Shown here piece by piece: positions 1 to 9,908 of a stretch of 64,000 bases of DNA (position 1 is its first letter; each line of letters opens with the position of its first letter). Location of the stretch: assembly GCA_041577295.1 (NCBI GenBank), contig JBFGJG010000001.1:192001-256000 (forward strand), in the 5' to 3' direction. The notes beneath the pieces were generated by a model. The model made no database searches. It had not been told where the DNA came from and was given only the letters and a program-made list of their open reading frames with translations. The position numbers and the translations under genes were made by a program. Source of the stretch: Gemmatimonadales bacterium (GTDB taxonomy: Bacteria; Gemmatimonadota; Gemmatimonadetes; Gemmatimonadales; GWC2-71-9).

Positions 1-111
1 GGCGGGTGGATCAGGCTACAGCCTGCGAACGATCAGATCGCACCCCTCCGCGTTCATGAGGACAACATCCTCATCCAGGGCGTGGTGGTTGGAGTGATTC
101 GGAAGTACTGA
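1..111 (+). CDS. lexA: LexA repressor, C-terminal fragment (5'-truncated by window edge)
   Basis: Manual translation of frame 1: GGWIRLQPANDQIAPLRVHEDNILIQGVVVGVIRKY*. This matches the LexA S24 C-terminus pattern (IRLQPAN...IQGxVVGVIR). Not in the ORF track. Confidence 0.85.
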   Translation, partial: GGWIRLQPANDQIAPLRVHEDNILIQGVVVGVIRKY

Positions 112-1147
112 GCGGCGTCTCGGCCCTCAGCCGCTCCAACGGACCCGCTCCCTCACCAGCCTCGAGAAGAGACACGGCGCGCGCCATCGCTTCATCCAGC
201 GTAGCAGATACCCCTGCAACGTACAGCGCCGCTCCAGCATTCAAGCCGACGGCATTCCGCCCCGCCTGGTCGGCGCCGGCGTCGTGAAGCAGCCGCTCCA
301 CGCGGGACGCGTTCTCCTCCGGGGTGCCCCCTGCCAACGCCTCAATCGAGTCGCCGGCCAATCCGTAGGCTGATGGGTCGATGACCAGTGTTCGCACCCG
401 GCCCTCGCGGATCTCCCATGCATCGGTCAGCCCAACGGGCGAGATCTCGTCCATTCCGACACGCGCGTGAACCACCAGTGCGTGCTGGCCGTCCAAGCGT
501 GCGAGGACCCTGGCGACCAGTGGAGCCCGCGACGCGTCCCACACGCCGATGACCTGCCGCTGCGTCCCGGCTGGGTTTGCCAGCGGGCCGATGAGGTTCA
601 TGATGGTCGGCACCGCGAGCTGGCGTCGGACAGGGGTGATCGGCGCCGTCGCGGGGTGAAATGCGGGCGCGAATAGGAACGCCATACCGACCGAGGACAG
701 CAACTCCGCCGCGCGTGTGGGGTCGACGCTGATAGCCACCCCCAAGGCCTCGAGCAAGTCCGCCGAGCCGCACTTCGACGTGTACGAGCGATTGCCGTGT
801 TTGGCCACCGCGGCCCCGCCGGCCACCGCGACGAAGGCCGCAGCGGTCGACACGTTGAACGTGGAGACGGTTCCACCACCCGTACCGCACGTGTCGATGG
901 GGTGCATTCCCTCCGCGACCGGCACGCGCACCATGGCGCCGCGCAGCGCGCGAACGATCCCGACCACCTCGTCCTCCCGCTCCCCACGCGCCCGGAGGCC
1001 CATCAGCAATCCCGCAATCTGGGCGGCACTCGCCTCGCCTCGCATGACCTCACTGAACGCATCGCTGGCCAACGTCTCACCGAGAGGGGTACCCTCGGCC
1101 AACGCCTGGAGTGCGCGCGCGACTGCGGTGCGAAGTGGCGTGGTCAT
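71..1147 (-). CDS. trpD: Anthranilate phosphoribosyltransferase
   Basis: DTCGTGG, FNVSTAAA, AKHGNRS, GSADLLEALG, NLIGPLANP and GMDEIS motifs. ATG at 1147 preferred over the upstream TTG. Confidence 0.93.
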   Translation of the reverse strand: MTTPLRTAVARALQALAEGTPLGETLASDAFSEVMRGEASAAQIAGLLMGLRARGEREDEVVGIVRALRGAMVRVPVAEGMHPIDTCGTGGGTVSTFNVSTAAAFVAVAGGAAVAKHGNRSYTSKCGSADLLEALGVAISVDPTRAAELLSSVGMAFLFAPAFHPATAPITPVRRQLAVPTIMNLIGPLANPAGTQRQVIGVWDASRAPLVARVLARLDGQHALVVHARVGMDEISPVGLTDAWEIREGRVRTLVIDPSAYGLAGDSIEALAGGTPEENASRVERLLHDAGADQAGRNAVGLNAGAALYVAGVSATLDEAMARAVSLLEAGEGAGPLERLRAETPLSTSESLQPPRPG

Positions 1148-1184
1148 AGAAAAACGTGGTGCGAGTGCGGTAGTGGAGCGTCCG

Positions 1185-1214
1185 AAAATGCCCAAGCACC
1201 CGGCTCATTGTCAA
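1185..1214 (-). promoter_or_regulatory. Putative sigma70 promoter for trpD
   Basis: TTGACA (1214-1209), 18 nt, CATTTT (1190-1185) on the minus strand. Confidence 0.4.
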
Positions 1215-1277
1215 ACGCTGCAAGTGATTGTTTTGCTTGCTGGTACGTGAGGATGGGTCGTATCTTCCTCACGCCGC

Positions 1278-2051
1278 ATGTCCCACCATTACTACGCCGT
1301 CCTGCACTACGCGGGGGCCGGCTTCGCTGGCTGGCAGCGCCAGCCCAATCAGCGTACCGTGCAGGGCACGTTCGAAAGCGTGCTCGAGCGTCTGCTCGAT
1401 CGCCGCGTTCCCACTCATGCCGCCGGCCGTACGGACGCCGGCGTTCACGCGCTCGGTCAGGTAGTGAGTTTCCGTTTACCAAAACCTTGGGAGCTCGCCA
1501 CCCTGCTCCGTGCGCTTCGCGCGCTGTCGCCACGGGACGTGTGGGTGTCGCGCCTGGGAGCAGCGCCCGCCGGCTTTCATGCGCGAAGGGACGCGCTGTC
1601 ACGCCGGTACCGCTACGTCATCGGCTGCGATCCACACTCCGCTTCACCCTTTCGCCGACCGTGGGAGTGGGCCCTTGGCCTGCCCCTCGAGGGTGAGCTG
1701 CTCGCGCGAGCCGCCACTCAGCTTTTGGGCGAGCACGATTTTCGTGCACTCAGTAGTGTGGGCCAAAAAAAAGCTCATTATCGCTGCCGCGTGTCCGTGT
1801 CCGAATGGCACGCGCGTTCGGACGATGAAGGTTTTATCTTTACCATCGAAGCGGATCGTTTTCTCCACCGTATGGTGCGTTTTCTCATTGGGCTCATGGC
1901 GGACGTGGGACGCGGGCGACGGCCCGTAAGCGACGTGGCGCTGCTGTTGGAGAGCACGTCGAACCACGGCGCCAGTCCCCCTGCACCACCACAAGGACTC
2001 TACTTCGTGGGAGCACGCTACCCACACCTCGACGAGGGCATCGACCGATGA
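1278..2051 (+). CDS. truA: tRNA pseudouridine(38-40) synthase
   Basis: [33 protein letters not shown] and APPQGLY motifs. Confidence 0.96.
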   Translation: MSHHYYAVLHYAGAGFAGWQRQPNQRTVQGTFESVLERLLDRRVPTHAAGRTDAGVHALGQVVSFRLPKPWELATLLRALRALSPRDVWVSRLGAAPAGFHARRDALSRRYRYVIGCDPHSASPFRRPWEWALGLPLEGELLARAATQLLGEHDFRALSSVGQKKAHYRCRVSVSEWHARSDDEGFIFTIEADRFLHRMVRFLIGLMADVGRGRRPVSDVALLLESTSNHGASPPAPPQGLYFVGARYPHLDEGIDR

Positions 2052-2716
2052 AATTCTTTCTCGACACTGCGGATCTGAGTGACATCCGATGGGCAGCTCA
2101 GGCAGGACTCATCGACGGTGTGACGACCAATCCCACGCTGCTCTCGAAGGTCGCGCGCGACCTCGAGCCCCGAGACGTGTTAAAGGAGATCTGCTCCTTG
2201 GTCGACGGTCCTGTGAGCGCCGAGGTGGTCGCGGTCGACGCTGACAAGATGTACGCGGAAGGACGCGAGCTGGCCAAGATCGCTGACAACGTCGTGGTCA
2301 AGATTCCCATGCTCGAAGACGGGCTGGTGGCCGTGCGGCGGCTCACTGTGGAGGGGATCAAGGTGAACGTCACACTAGCGTTTAGCTCGGTGCAGTGTCT
2401 GCTGGCGGCGAAAGCCGGCGCGACGTACATCTCGCCCTTTCTCGGTCGGCTGGACGACATTGGTCATGAGGGCATGGAGGTCGTACGCGAAGCGCGGATT
2501 ATTTACGACAACTACGGCTACGAAACGGCTATCCTCGCCGCCTCGATCCGTCACCCACGCCACGTGGCGGAGGCGGCCATGCTCGGAGCCGATGTGGCCA
2601 CCATGCCTACGGCCACACTCAAAAAACTCATCCTCCACCCCCTCACCGATCGCGGCCTCGACCAATTCCTCAACGATTGGAGCAAGATCGCGTCGCGGTC
2701 CAAGGTCGGCGCTTGA
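2048..2716 (+). CDS. tal: Transaldolase (short TalC/FSA family)
   Basis: FFLDTA, GVTTNP and VVVKIP (Schiff-base Lys). Glu in SAEV and Phe in ISPFLGR are the transaldolase-type residues, not the FSA-type Gln/Tyr. Confidence 0.92.
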   Translation: MKFFLDTADLSDIRWAAQAGLIDGVTTNPTLLSKVARDLEPRDVLKEICSLVDGPVSAEVVAVDADKMYAEGRELAKIADNVVVKIPMLEDGLVAVRRLTVEGIKVNVTLAFSSVQCLLAAKAGATYISPFLGRLDDIGHEGMEVVREARIIYDNYGYETAILAASIRHPRHVAEAAMLGADVATMPTATLKKLILHPLTDRGLDQFLNDWSKIASRSKVGA

Positions 2717-4143
2717 GAGCAGTCGCATCACTCGCGTTCATCGCGGTAGTGGCGTGCGGAAACGCCACTCCCCAGACGCGCCCCGCGGAGGCCTCCCCAC
2801 CGTCGGAGGTCGCGCGACCCCCCGCGCAAGCGGCCAGCCGACAGGCGGTCAACGACAGCCTCACGCGGTCGCGGCATTCTGCCATCGTGGAGGCCGCCGC
2901 CCGCGTCGCACCGGCCGTCGTGAGCGTTAACGTCGTCCGGCGGGAGCGGCGCATCGCACGCTCGGCGTGGGACCTGTTCTTCGTTCCACGCGGATACGAG
3001 CGCTTAGTGGAGGGCATGGGATCGGGGTTCCTCGTGACGGATGACGGCGTCATCATCACCAACCAACACGTGACCGCTGGTGCCGAACGGATCGTCGTCA
3101 CGATGCGTGACGGGACGGATGCCGATGCGGAGTTGCTCGGCCAAGATCCCCTCACCGACATCGCGGTGCTCAAGATCGAAGGCACCAACCTGCCAACGGC
3201 CCCGCTTGGTTCGAGCCGCGACCTGCTAATCGGAGAGTGGGTCGTGGCGATCGGGAATCCATACGGGTATCTGTTGGGCAACAGCGAACCCTCAGTGACG
3301 GCGGGAGTGGTCAGCGCGGTGGGGCGCAACCTTTTGCCCGGCGGCGAGGATTCGCGCGTATACGTGCGCATGATTCAGACGGACGCGGCGATCAATCCTG
3401 GCAACAGCGGGGGACCACTCGTCAACGCGCTGGGTGAGGTGGTCGGCGTCAACGCATCGATCTTTACCGAGAGCGGGGGCTCGGTGGGGATCGGGTTTGC
3501 AATACCGATCGAGCGCGCCCTGCGCGTCGCTCAGGAACTCCAAGCCCACGGCACCGTGCGACGCGCGTGGGTCGGACTGGATGTGGCGGGCATGACGGAC
3601 ACGCGGGATTGGAAGCGGCGTGGCGGCGTGCCAGTCACCGATGTGGCCCCGGGCGGTCCCGCCGCCCGTGTCGGCATTCGCGCCGGTGACGTACTCGTCC
3701 GGGCCAGCGATTACCGGCTCCACACGTTCCTCGACTGGGAGGCGGTCAAGCTCGACGTCGGGCCCGGTGATCGTTTGCATGTGACCTACGAGCGGAGCGG
3801 TCGGGAGCGGACGGTAACGCTCGCTGTGGAAGAGCTACCTACGAGCGTCGCGGAGAAGCTCACGGTCCTTGGCGACGTGCAACTCGTGACGGTCACCGCA
3901 GCCATTCGGCAAGAGCGTAGCCTCCGCCAAGAGCATGGTGTGCTCGTCTACGACGTGGGTGAGGCCACACAACGGAACACCGGACTCCGTCCTGGCGACG
4001 TGATCTTTCAGATAAATCGCGAGCGCATCACCACGGCAGAGGAGGCCCGCGCGGCTTTTCGATCGGCCGCCGGGCGCGGAGCCGTGCGCGTGTACCTCGA
4101 GCGCGGTGGGACCCTCGGGTTCACCGACTTCCGGATCCGGTGA
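2713..4143 (+). CDS. HtrA/DegP-family serine protease with PDZ domains, probable lipoprotein
   Basis: [18 protein letters not shown] and [16 protein letters not shown]; two PDZ-like regions; lipobox-like VVA-C. TTG start overlaps the tal stop (TTGA). Confidence 0.92.
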   Translation: MRAVASLAFIAVVACGNATPQTRPAEASPPSEVARPPAQAASRQAVNDSLTRSRHSAIVEAAARVAPAVVSVNVVRRERRIARSAWDLFFVPRGYERLVEGMGSGFLVTDDGVIITNQHVTAGAERIVVTMRDGTDADAELLGQDPLTDIAVLKIEGTNLPTAPLGSSRDLLIGEWVVAIGNPYGYLLGNSEPSVTAGVVSAVGRNLLPGGEDSRVYVRMIQTDAAINPGNSGGPLVNALGEVVGVNASIFTESGGSVGIGFAIPIERALRVAQELQAHGTVRRAWVGLDVAGMTDTRDWKRRGGVPVTDVAPGGPAARVGIRAGDVLVRASDYRLHTFLDWEAVKLDVGPGDRLHVTYERSGRERTVTLAVEELPTSVAEKLTVLGDVQLVTVTAAIRQERSLRQEHGVLVYDVGEATQRNTGLRPGDVIFQINRERITTAEEARAAFRSAAGRGAVRVYLERGGTLGFTDFRIR

Positions 4144-5579
4144 CGGGCGCCCCGCGGTACGAGTCGGCACTGGCCACACGCTACGCGTCGCCGGCGATGC
4201 TCAAACTGTGGAGCGCGGAGCATCGCGCACGGATCTGGCGTCGCCTGTGGCTCGCCCTCGCTCGCGAGCAACGCCAGCTCGGCGCTGACATTCCACAGAC
4301 CGCCATCGACGATATGGAAACGCACCTCGACGATCCGGACCTGACCGCGGTGCGTCGCTACGAGCATCGAGTGCGTCACGATGTCATGGCACACATCCAT
4401 CATTTCGCGGACCAAGCGCCGGCCGCGCGACCGTATCTGCACCTGGGCGCGACAAGTGCCTACGTCACGGACAACGCGGATCTGATCGTGATGCGCGACG
4501 CCATGCGCCTCCTCCTCGGACGCATGGCGGCGGTGTTGCGCAGCCTGCGCAGCTTTGCACACCGTCAACGCGAGATGCCGACGGTGGCCTATACCCACTT
4601 TCAGCCAGCCCAACTGACGACGGTCGGAAAGCGCGCGACGCTTTGGCTCTACGATTTTTGCCTCGACGCCGATTCGTTGTGCACGACCGTGGACAGCCTG
4701 CCCTTTCGTGGTTGCAAGGGAACGACAGGTACCCAAGCGAGCTACCTGCAGCTCTTCGGTGGCGACGATGCCCGTGTGCGCGAGCTCGATCGGCGCGTTG
4801 CCGAGGCGTTCGGCTTTCGCATCACGGTCCCCGTCTGTGGGCAAACCTACACCCGTAAGATTGACAGCAGTGTGCTCGGCGTCCTCGCCGGGGTTGCCGA
4901 GTCCGCATCGAAGTTCGGCACCGACCTGCGACTGCTGCAGCACGAGGGTGAGGTTTTGGAACCCTTCGAAGAGGATCAGGTGGGGTCGAGTGCGATGCCC
5001 TACAAGCGCAATCCGGTGCGCGCGGAGCGGGTGTGCGGTCTCGCCCGATACGCGCTCAGCCTGCGGGACAACACCTCGTATACCGTAGCGACCCAGTGGT
5101 TAGAGCGTTCCCTGGACGACAGCGCCAACCGGCGGCTGGCGTTGCCGGAGAGCTTCCTGGCGGCCGATGCCATCCTGATGCTCTGCACCAACATCGCGGC
5201 CGGGCTGGTCGTGAGGGAGGATGTGGTTCGACGCAACGTCGAACGGTACATGCCGTTCATCGCCACGGAACGCTGGCTGCTCATGGGCGTGGCCCGTGGC
5301 GGGGACCGTCAGGCGCTGCATGAGATCATTCGGCGGCATAGCCGCGCGGCGAGTGAGGCGGTGGCACGTGGGGAACCGAACGATCTCCTCGAGCGGCTCT
5401 CCGCGGATGCCGCCTTTTCCTCTGTTAACACGACGGAGCTGCGCTCCGCCTTGGCGCCGTCCGGCTACATTGGCCGCGCGCCCCACCAGGTCACCGAGTT
5501 TCTAGAAGAGACGGTCGATCCATTACTCGCCCGGCTCGACGCCCACGCTGTTACCGACGAGGCTACCGTTACCGTATGA
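4140..5579 (+). CDS. purB: Adenylosuccinate lyase
   Basis: RHDVMAH, HLGATS, THFQPAQ and the GSSAMPYKRNP signature. Confidence 0.96.
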   Translation: MTGAPRYESALATRYASPAMLKLWSAEHRARIWRRLWLALAREQRQLGADIPQTAIDDMETHLDDPDLTAVRRYEHRVRHDVMAHIHHFADQAPAARPYLHLGATSAYVTDNADLIVMRDAMRLLLGRMAAVLRSLRSFAHRQREMPTVAYTHFQPAQLTTVGKRATLWLYDFCLDADSLCTTVDSLPFRGCKGTTGTQASYLQLFGGDDARVRELDRRVAEAFGFRITVPVCGQTYTRKIDSSVLGVLAGVAESASKFGTDLRLLQHEGEVLEPFEEDQVGSSAMPYKRNPVRAERVCGLARYALSLRDNTSYTVATQWLERSLDDSANRRLALPESFLAADAILMLCTNIAAGLVVREDVVRRNVERYMPFIATERWLLMGVARGGDRQALHEIIRRHSRAASEAVARGEPNDLLERLSADAAFSSVNTTELRSALAPSGYIGRAPHQVTEFLEETVDPLLARLDAHAVTDEATVTV

Positions 5580-6502
5580 GTTCCCTGCCGATCACCCAGA
5601 CATCACTTCCGTTACGCTGCGTACGGCGCGGCAAGGTCCGCGAGATGTACGAGGTCGATGATACGACGCTGCTCATGGTTGCTAGCGATCGCATCAGTGC
5701 CTTCGACGTCATTCTCGCCGAGCCCATCCCACGGAAGGGCGCCGTCCTCACGCAAATGAGCGCGTTCTGGTTCCATGAGCTCGCGCCCATCACGCCGAAT
5801 CACTTTCTCTCGGCGGATACCGACGAGATCATCGATCGGGTCCCGGAGCTGGGAGAGTACCGCGAGACGATCAGCGGGCGATCGATGCTCGTGCGACGCA
5901 CAACGCCGATCAGCTTCGAGTGTGTGGTGCGCGGGTACGTTGCGGGTTCGGCCTGGAAGGAGTACGCGCAGTCCGGCACACTCGCGGGTGAGCCGTTGCC
6001 CGCCGGGCTCGAAGAGTGCGGTATCCTTCCCGCCCCGATCTTCTCTCCGGCAACCAAGGCGGAGGAAGGGCACGATGAGAACGTTACGTTTAACCAGATG
6101 TGTGAGGCTCTTGGCGAGTCGCTGGCGGGCGAACTGCGTTCCAAGAGCCTCCGTTTGTACGAAGCAGGGGCTGCGCGAGCGAAGCAGCGTGGCATCATCA
6201 TCGCCGACACCAAGTTCGAGTTTGGGCGCGCTCCCGACGGCACGGTGCTACTGATCGATGAGGTGCTAACGCCGGACTCCTCACGGTTTTGGCCGGCCGA
6301 CCGGTACCGTGCGGGCCAGGGTCAGCCAAGCTTCGACAAGCAACCAGTTCGGGACTATCTTGCCGGCCACCGGGACCGAGGCGGCTGGGACGGCAACCCA
6401 CCACCACCGCCGCTACCGCACGAGATCGTCCGCGCGACGAGCATCCGGTACCAAGACGCGTATGTGCGCATCACTGGCGATCGTCTCCCGATGGACCAGT
6501 GA
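5576..6502 (+). CDS. purC: SAICAR synthetase
   Basis: GKVRE, SDRISAFD, ECVVRGY, IADTKFEFG, DEVLTPDSSRFW and FDKQ. Confidence 0.97.
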   Translation: MSSLPITQTSLPLRCVRRGKVREMYEVDDTTLLMVASDRISAFDVILAEPIPRKGAVLTQMSAFWFHELAPITPNHFLSADTDEIIDRVPELGEYRETISGRSMLVRRTTPISFECVVRGYVAGSAWKEYAQSGTLAGEPLPAGLEECGILPAPIFSPATKAEEGHDENVTFNQMCEALGESLAGELRSKSLRLYEAGAARAKQRGIIIADTKFEFGRAPDGTVLLIDEVLTPDSSRFWPADRYRAGQGQPSFDKQPVRDYLAGHRDRGGWDGNPPPPPLPHEIVRATSIRYQDAYVRITGDRLPMDQ

Positions 6503-7146
6503 TGATCGCGCCCGAGGGGCGCCCCTTCGTCCTGGCGGCGGCGGCAATACTCGTCGGACTCCTGGGGTTGGCGTGGTGGCGGGGCGGATGGTGGATCGTA
6601 TTACTGTTGTGTTGGCTGCCCGTCGCGGTGTGGGTGCCGGCATTTTTTCGCGACCCCGCGCGACTGGGTCCGCGCGGCGAACGGCTCGTGATCGCGCCGG
6701 CCGACGGTCGAGTGACGGAGGTGGTCAGCGTTGACGAGCCCGAATTCCTGCAAGGGCCGGCGACGAGAATCTCAGTGTTCATGAACGTGTTTGATGTCCA
6801 TGTGAACCGCCATCCGGTGTCAGGAGTCGTTGTGTACCGTCTATACCGCCCCGGTCGATTCGTCAACGCGACGCTAGACAAGGCCAGCGAGGACAATGAG
6901 CGGATGTCCCTCGGGATACGCACACCGCACGGTCCGGTGTTGGTTCGCCAGATTGCGGGGCTCGTGGCGCGGCGAATCGTGACGGACCCAGTAGAGGGCG
7001 ATAGCGTTCGACAAGGCGAGCGTCTTGGGCTGATCCGCTTCGGCTCACGGGTCGATACGTTCCTGCCTCGAGGCGTAGAGGTGCGTGTCCAGCCGGGAGA
7101 GCGGACGCGCGCTGGCATCACCATCCTTGCGGAGTGGCCGTCGTGA
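6502..7146 (+). CDS. psd: Phosphatidylserine decarboxylase proenzyme
   Basis: FFRDP, APADG, ISVFMNVFDVHVNR, QIAGLVARRI and the RFGSRVD autocleavage site. True start at ATG 6502 or GTG 6499. Confidence 0.94.
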   Translation: MIAPEGRPFVLAAAAILVGLLGLAWWRGGWWIVLLLCWLPVAVWVPAFFRDPARLGPRGERLVIAPADGRVTEVVSVDEPEFLQGPATRISVFMNVFDVHVNRHPVSGVVVYRLYRPGRFVNATLDKASEDNERMSLGIRTPHGPVLVRQIAGLVARRIVTDPVEGDSVRQGERLGLIRFGSRVDTFLPRGVEVRVQPGERTRAGITILAEWPS

Positions 7147-7988
7147 GCCGCGGTTCGAAGCGACGCAGGCGCATGGGTCGCGCCATCGTAGTGGTGCCGA
7201 GTCTGTTCACGCTCGCCAACCTCTTTTTTGGCATTTGGTCCATCGTCCTCGCCGCCAACGGCGACTTCTACCGCGCCAGCTGGTGGATTGTCATTGCCGG
7301 GCTGCTCGACACGATGGATGGGCTCCTCGCCCGGGTGAGTCGCACCGGTACCCGGTTCGGTGCGGAGCTGGACTCACTCGTGGACATGGTGAGCTTTGGA
7401 CTCGCACCTGCCGTCCTCATGTACCACCTGCTCTTCGCCGCGCAGGGGCCGTTCGCCTGGGTGTTCTCGTACGCCTTCGCGGTGTGCGTCGCGCTTCGTC
7501 TCGCCCGCTACAACGTCGCCGACGCTCCCAAAGGGACCTTCACCGGGCTGCCTTCGCCGGCTGCTGGGATGACGCTGGCAACCTACTACCCGTTCACGCA
7601 AACGACCTTCTTCCAGACGCAACTGCTCGATCTGCCGTGGAACCAGATCATCGTCTTTCTGACTATCACGCTGAGCTTGGCGATGGTCAGCAACATTCAA
7701 TACGCTCGATTGCCGCGAATCGGCTTCCGGTCGCTCCGTGGCGTGCTTGGGCTGATCGTCAACTTGACGATCTTGGGATTCGGAATCTGGTCGCGCGACA
7801 TCTTCTTCTTCCCGCTCGGTATCACGTACGTCTCCTATGGCGTGGCGCGTGCGGCCGTGATCGGCTTCTTGGAGCGTGGGGAGGACGAGAGCTCACAGGT
7901 AGATCAACCAGCATCCGACTCGGCGCGGTCCCTCACCGTGCACCCTGGCTCCCTCGGGCGGCGTGGCCGCCGCCGGCATCGGGGCTAA
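7143..7988 (+). CDS. pssA: CDP-diacylglycerol--serine O-phosphatidyltransferase
   Basis: PSLFTLAN, the CDP-alcohol phosphotransferase motif D-x2-DG-x2-AR...G-x3-D-x3-D, RLARYN and FTGLPSP. Adjacent to psd with a GTGA overlap. Confidence 0.93.
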   Translation: MSRGSKRRRRMGRAIVVVPSLFTLANLFFGIWSIVLAANGDFYRASWWIVIAGLLDTMDGLLARVSRTGTRFGAELDSLVDMVSFGLAPAVLMYHLLFAAQGPFAWVFSYAFAVCVALRLARYNVADAPKGTFTGLPSPAAGMTLATYYPFTQTTFFQTQLLDLPWNQIIVFLTITLSLAMVSNIQYARLPRIGFRSLRGVLGLIVNLTILGFGIWSRDIFFFPLGITYVSYGVARAAVIGFLERGEDESSQVDQPASDSARSLTVHPGSLGRRGRRRHRG

Positions 7989-7996
7989 CGGGGCGA

Positions 7997-8260
7997 ATGG
8001 CTCGCTACCTCGTGGAGGTCCGGGTGATGTCCCGGCCCACCCTGCTCGACCCCCAGGGCCAAACGGTCGAGCACGCCCTCGAGGCACTCGGCTTCCGTGG
8101 GGTGGGTGACGTGCGTGTGGGGAAGGCACTCACGTTCAGCCTCGAAGGCAATGGCTCGAGTCGGGAGGAGGCAGAGCAGAAGGTTCGGCAGATGTGTGAG
8201 CGGTTGCTCGCAAACCCTGTGACGGAGGACTTTGTGATCACGCTGCGGGAGGGTGCATGA
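7997..8260 (+). CDS. purS: FGAM synthase subunit PurS
   Basis: LDPQGQTVEHAL, VRVGK and MCERLLANPVTEDF. ATG at 7997. Confidence 0.95.
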   Translation: MARYLVEVRVMSRPTLLDPQGQTVEHALEALGFRGVGDVRVGKALTFSLEGNGSSREEAEQKVRQMCERLLANPVTEDFVITLREGA

Positions 8261-8943
8261 TCCGAGTCGCCGTCATTCGGTTTCCCGGATCCAACTGCGA
8301 CGCGGACACCTTGCGGGCCGCCGAGGCGGCTGGCGCCCACGCCTATTATATCTGGCATCGTCGGGATCATCTGGAGGACGCCGACGCAGTCATCATTCCT
8401 GGTGGATTCGCCTACGGCGATCATCTGCGCGCCGGGGCCATCGCGCGGTTCAGTCCGGTGATGCCCGCCGTGGAGGCCTTTGCCCGCGACGGTGGTCCGG
8501 TGCTCGGTATCTGCAACGGCTTTCAGGTTCTCTGCGAGGCTGGCCTCCTGCCAGGGGCCTTGGTCAGAAACGCCGGCATTACCTTCCTCTCGCGGCCTGT
8601 ACGGGTTCGCGTGGAGAGCACCGACACGCCGTTTACCGCGCAGTTCGAGCCCGGTGCTATTTTGCGTATGCCGATCGCTCATGGAGAGGGACGCTACGTC
8701 GCGCCGTCCGGCGTCATCGACGAGTTGGAGGCCACCCAGCGCGTGATCCTCCGTTATGTAGGGGAGAATCCCAACGGGTCCATGCAGGCAATCGCCGGTG
8801 TGTCGAACCAACGGCGCAACGTTGTCGGCATGATGCCCCACCCTGAACGTTCAGCATTCACCCACTTGGGTGAGACTAGTGGCGCCCTAGTGTTCCAATC
8901 GCTCACGCGAAGCTTGGAAGTCTTCGAGGGAGGAGCCCGATGA
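8257..8943 (+). CDS. purQ: FGAM synthase glutaminase subunit
   Basis: FPGSNCD, PGGFAYGD, LGICNGFQ, PIAHGEGRY and GMMPHPER. Confidence 0.97.
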   Translation: MIRVAVIRFPGSNCDADTLRAAEAAGAHAYYIWHRRDHLEDADAVIIPGGFAYGDHLRAGAIARFSPVMPAVEAFARDGGPVLGICNGFQVLCEAGLLPGALVRNAGITFLSRPVRVRVESTDTPFTAQFEPGAILRMPIAHGEGRYVAPSGVIDELEATQRVILRYVGENPNGSMQAIAGVSNQRRNVVGMMPHPERSAFTHLGETSGALVFQSLTRSLEVFEGGAR

Positions 8944-9581
8944 ACTGGCCGGCAACTATCGCCACGATCACCACCCTGACGCTCACCGCGACGGGCTGCG
9001 ACAGCATCCCGTTCTTCGGGGGCCGCGGAGCGGACACGACCGCCACAGATACGGCAGCCGTGACCGCCCAAGCAACACCACCCGCTCAGCAGCCAGCGAC
9101 CCAACCCGCGGCCCAGCAGCCGGCGGCGACGCAAGAGCCACAGCCACAACCTGCGGCCACCCAGACACCCCCCCGGCAACAGCCTCGCACATCCCCACCG
9201 CAGACGGCCCGACAGACGCCACCGACCACGGTACGGCCACCAGCCGCCGCGCGGATGCCAATGGGACAAGACGAACCGTGGACACCCCAGTTCAGCGGCA
9301 CGGTCGATCCGGGAATGACCGCCGACCAGGTGATCGCGACGTGGGGACCACCGGTCGCCCAGCGGGCAGCCGGGAATTGGCTATACCTTTATTTCCGCAA
9401 CGGGTGCGAATACACTTGCGGCACCTTTGACGTTGTCTTCTTGCAGGACGGACAGGTGGTGGACGCGATTGTCCGCGCTGGGAATCACATTTACTCAGGT
9501 GTGTCATCCTCGCCTCGAGGCCGCCCCGCGCTTTTCACGGCACCCGGCACAACACTCGACATCGGCGGGACAGGAACATGA
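8940..9581 (+). CDS. Putative lipoprotein with a Pro/Gln/Ala/Thr-rich linker and a BamE/SmpA-like C-terminal domain
   Basis: Lipobox-like TATG-C; QQPA repeats; GMTADQVIATWGPP...WLYLY...VVFLQDGQVVD resembles the SmpA/OmlA fold. Confidence 0.6.
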   Translation: MNWPATIATITTLTLTATGCDSIPFFGGRGADTTATDTAAVTAQATPPAQQPATQPAAQQPAATQEPQPQPAATQTPPRQQPRTSPPQTARQTPPTTVRPPAAARMPMGQDEPWTPQFSGTVDPGMTADQVIATWGPPVAQRAAGNWLYLYFRNGCEYTCGTFDVVFLQDGQVVDAIVRAGNHIYSGVSSSPRGRPALFTAPGTTLDIGGTGT

Positions 9582-9883
9582 CCACAGAGAAGCCGAGTCG
9601 CTCCGAGGAAGAGTATTTCGCGAAGCGAGAGGCTGAGCTCCTCAAGCAGCGGCGCGAGGCCGTCGACCGGGCCTCGAAAGATGCCGAGCGGCGTAGCCAT
9701 TTCATGAAGTGCCCAAAATGCGGCGCGGATCTCGCCACCGAAGACTATCAGGGAGTTCAGGTGGATCGTTGCCCCGAATGCAATGGCGTCTGGTTCGACC
9801 GGGACGAGGCTGAGAGCCTCCTGAAGAAAGACGCCGGCGTGGTTGGGATCTTTCGATCGATCATGCGCGGCGTAAGCTCTTGA
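9578..9883 (+). CDS. zf-TFIIB-like zinc-ribbon protein
   Basis: MKCPKCG...[20 protein letters not shown] overlap with the upstream gene. Confidence 0.8.
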   Translation: MTTEKPSRSEEEYFAKREAELLKQRREAVDRASKDAERRSHFMKCPKCGADLATEDYQGVQVDRCPECNGVWFDRDEAESLLKKDAGVVGIFRSIMRGVSS

Positions 9884-9908
9884 GTCGAATCGCTCGCGGG
9901 CCCGTGGT

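Noticed and set aside
1765..1772. A8 homopolymer in truA as a phase-variation or frameshift site
   Set aside because: The frame is intact (QKK) and the gene is housekeeping; there is no other support.
7085..8260. 391-aa ORF ending in PurS
   Set aside because: The first 304 codons are an off-frame reading of psd/pssA. PurS begins at ATG 7997.
9060..9260. Tandem repeat or CRISPR-like array
   Set aside because: Degenerate coding repeats for a P/Q/A/T linker, with no constant repeat-spacer structure.
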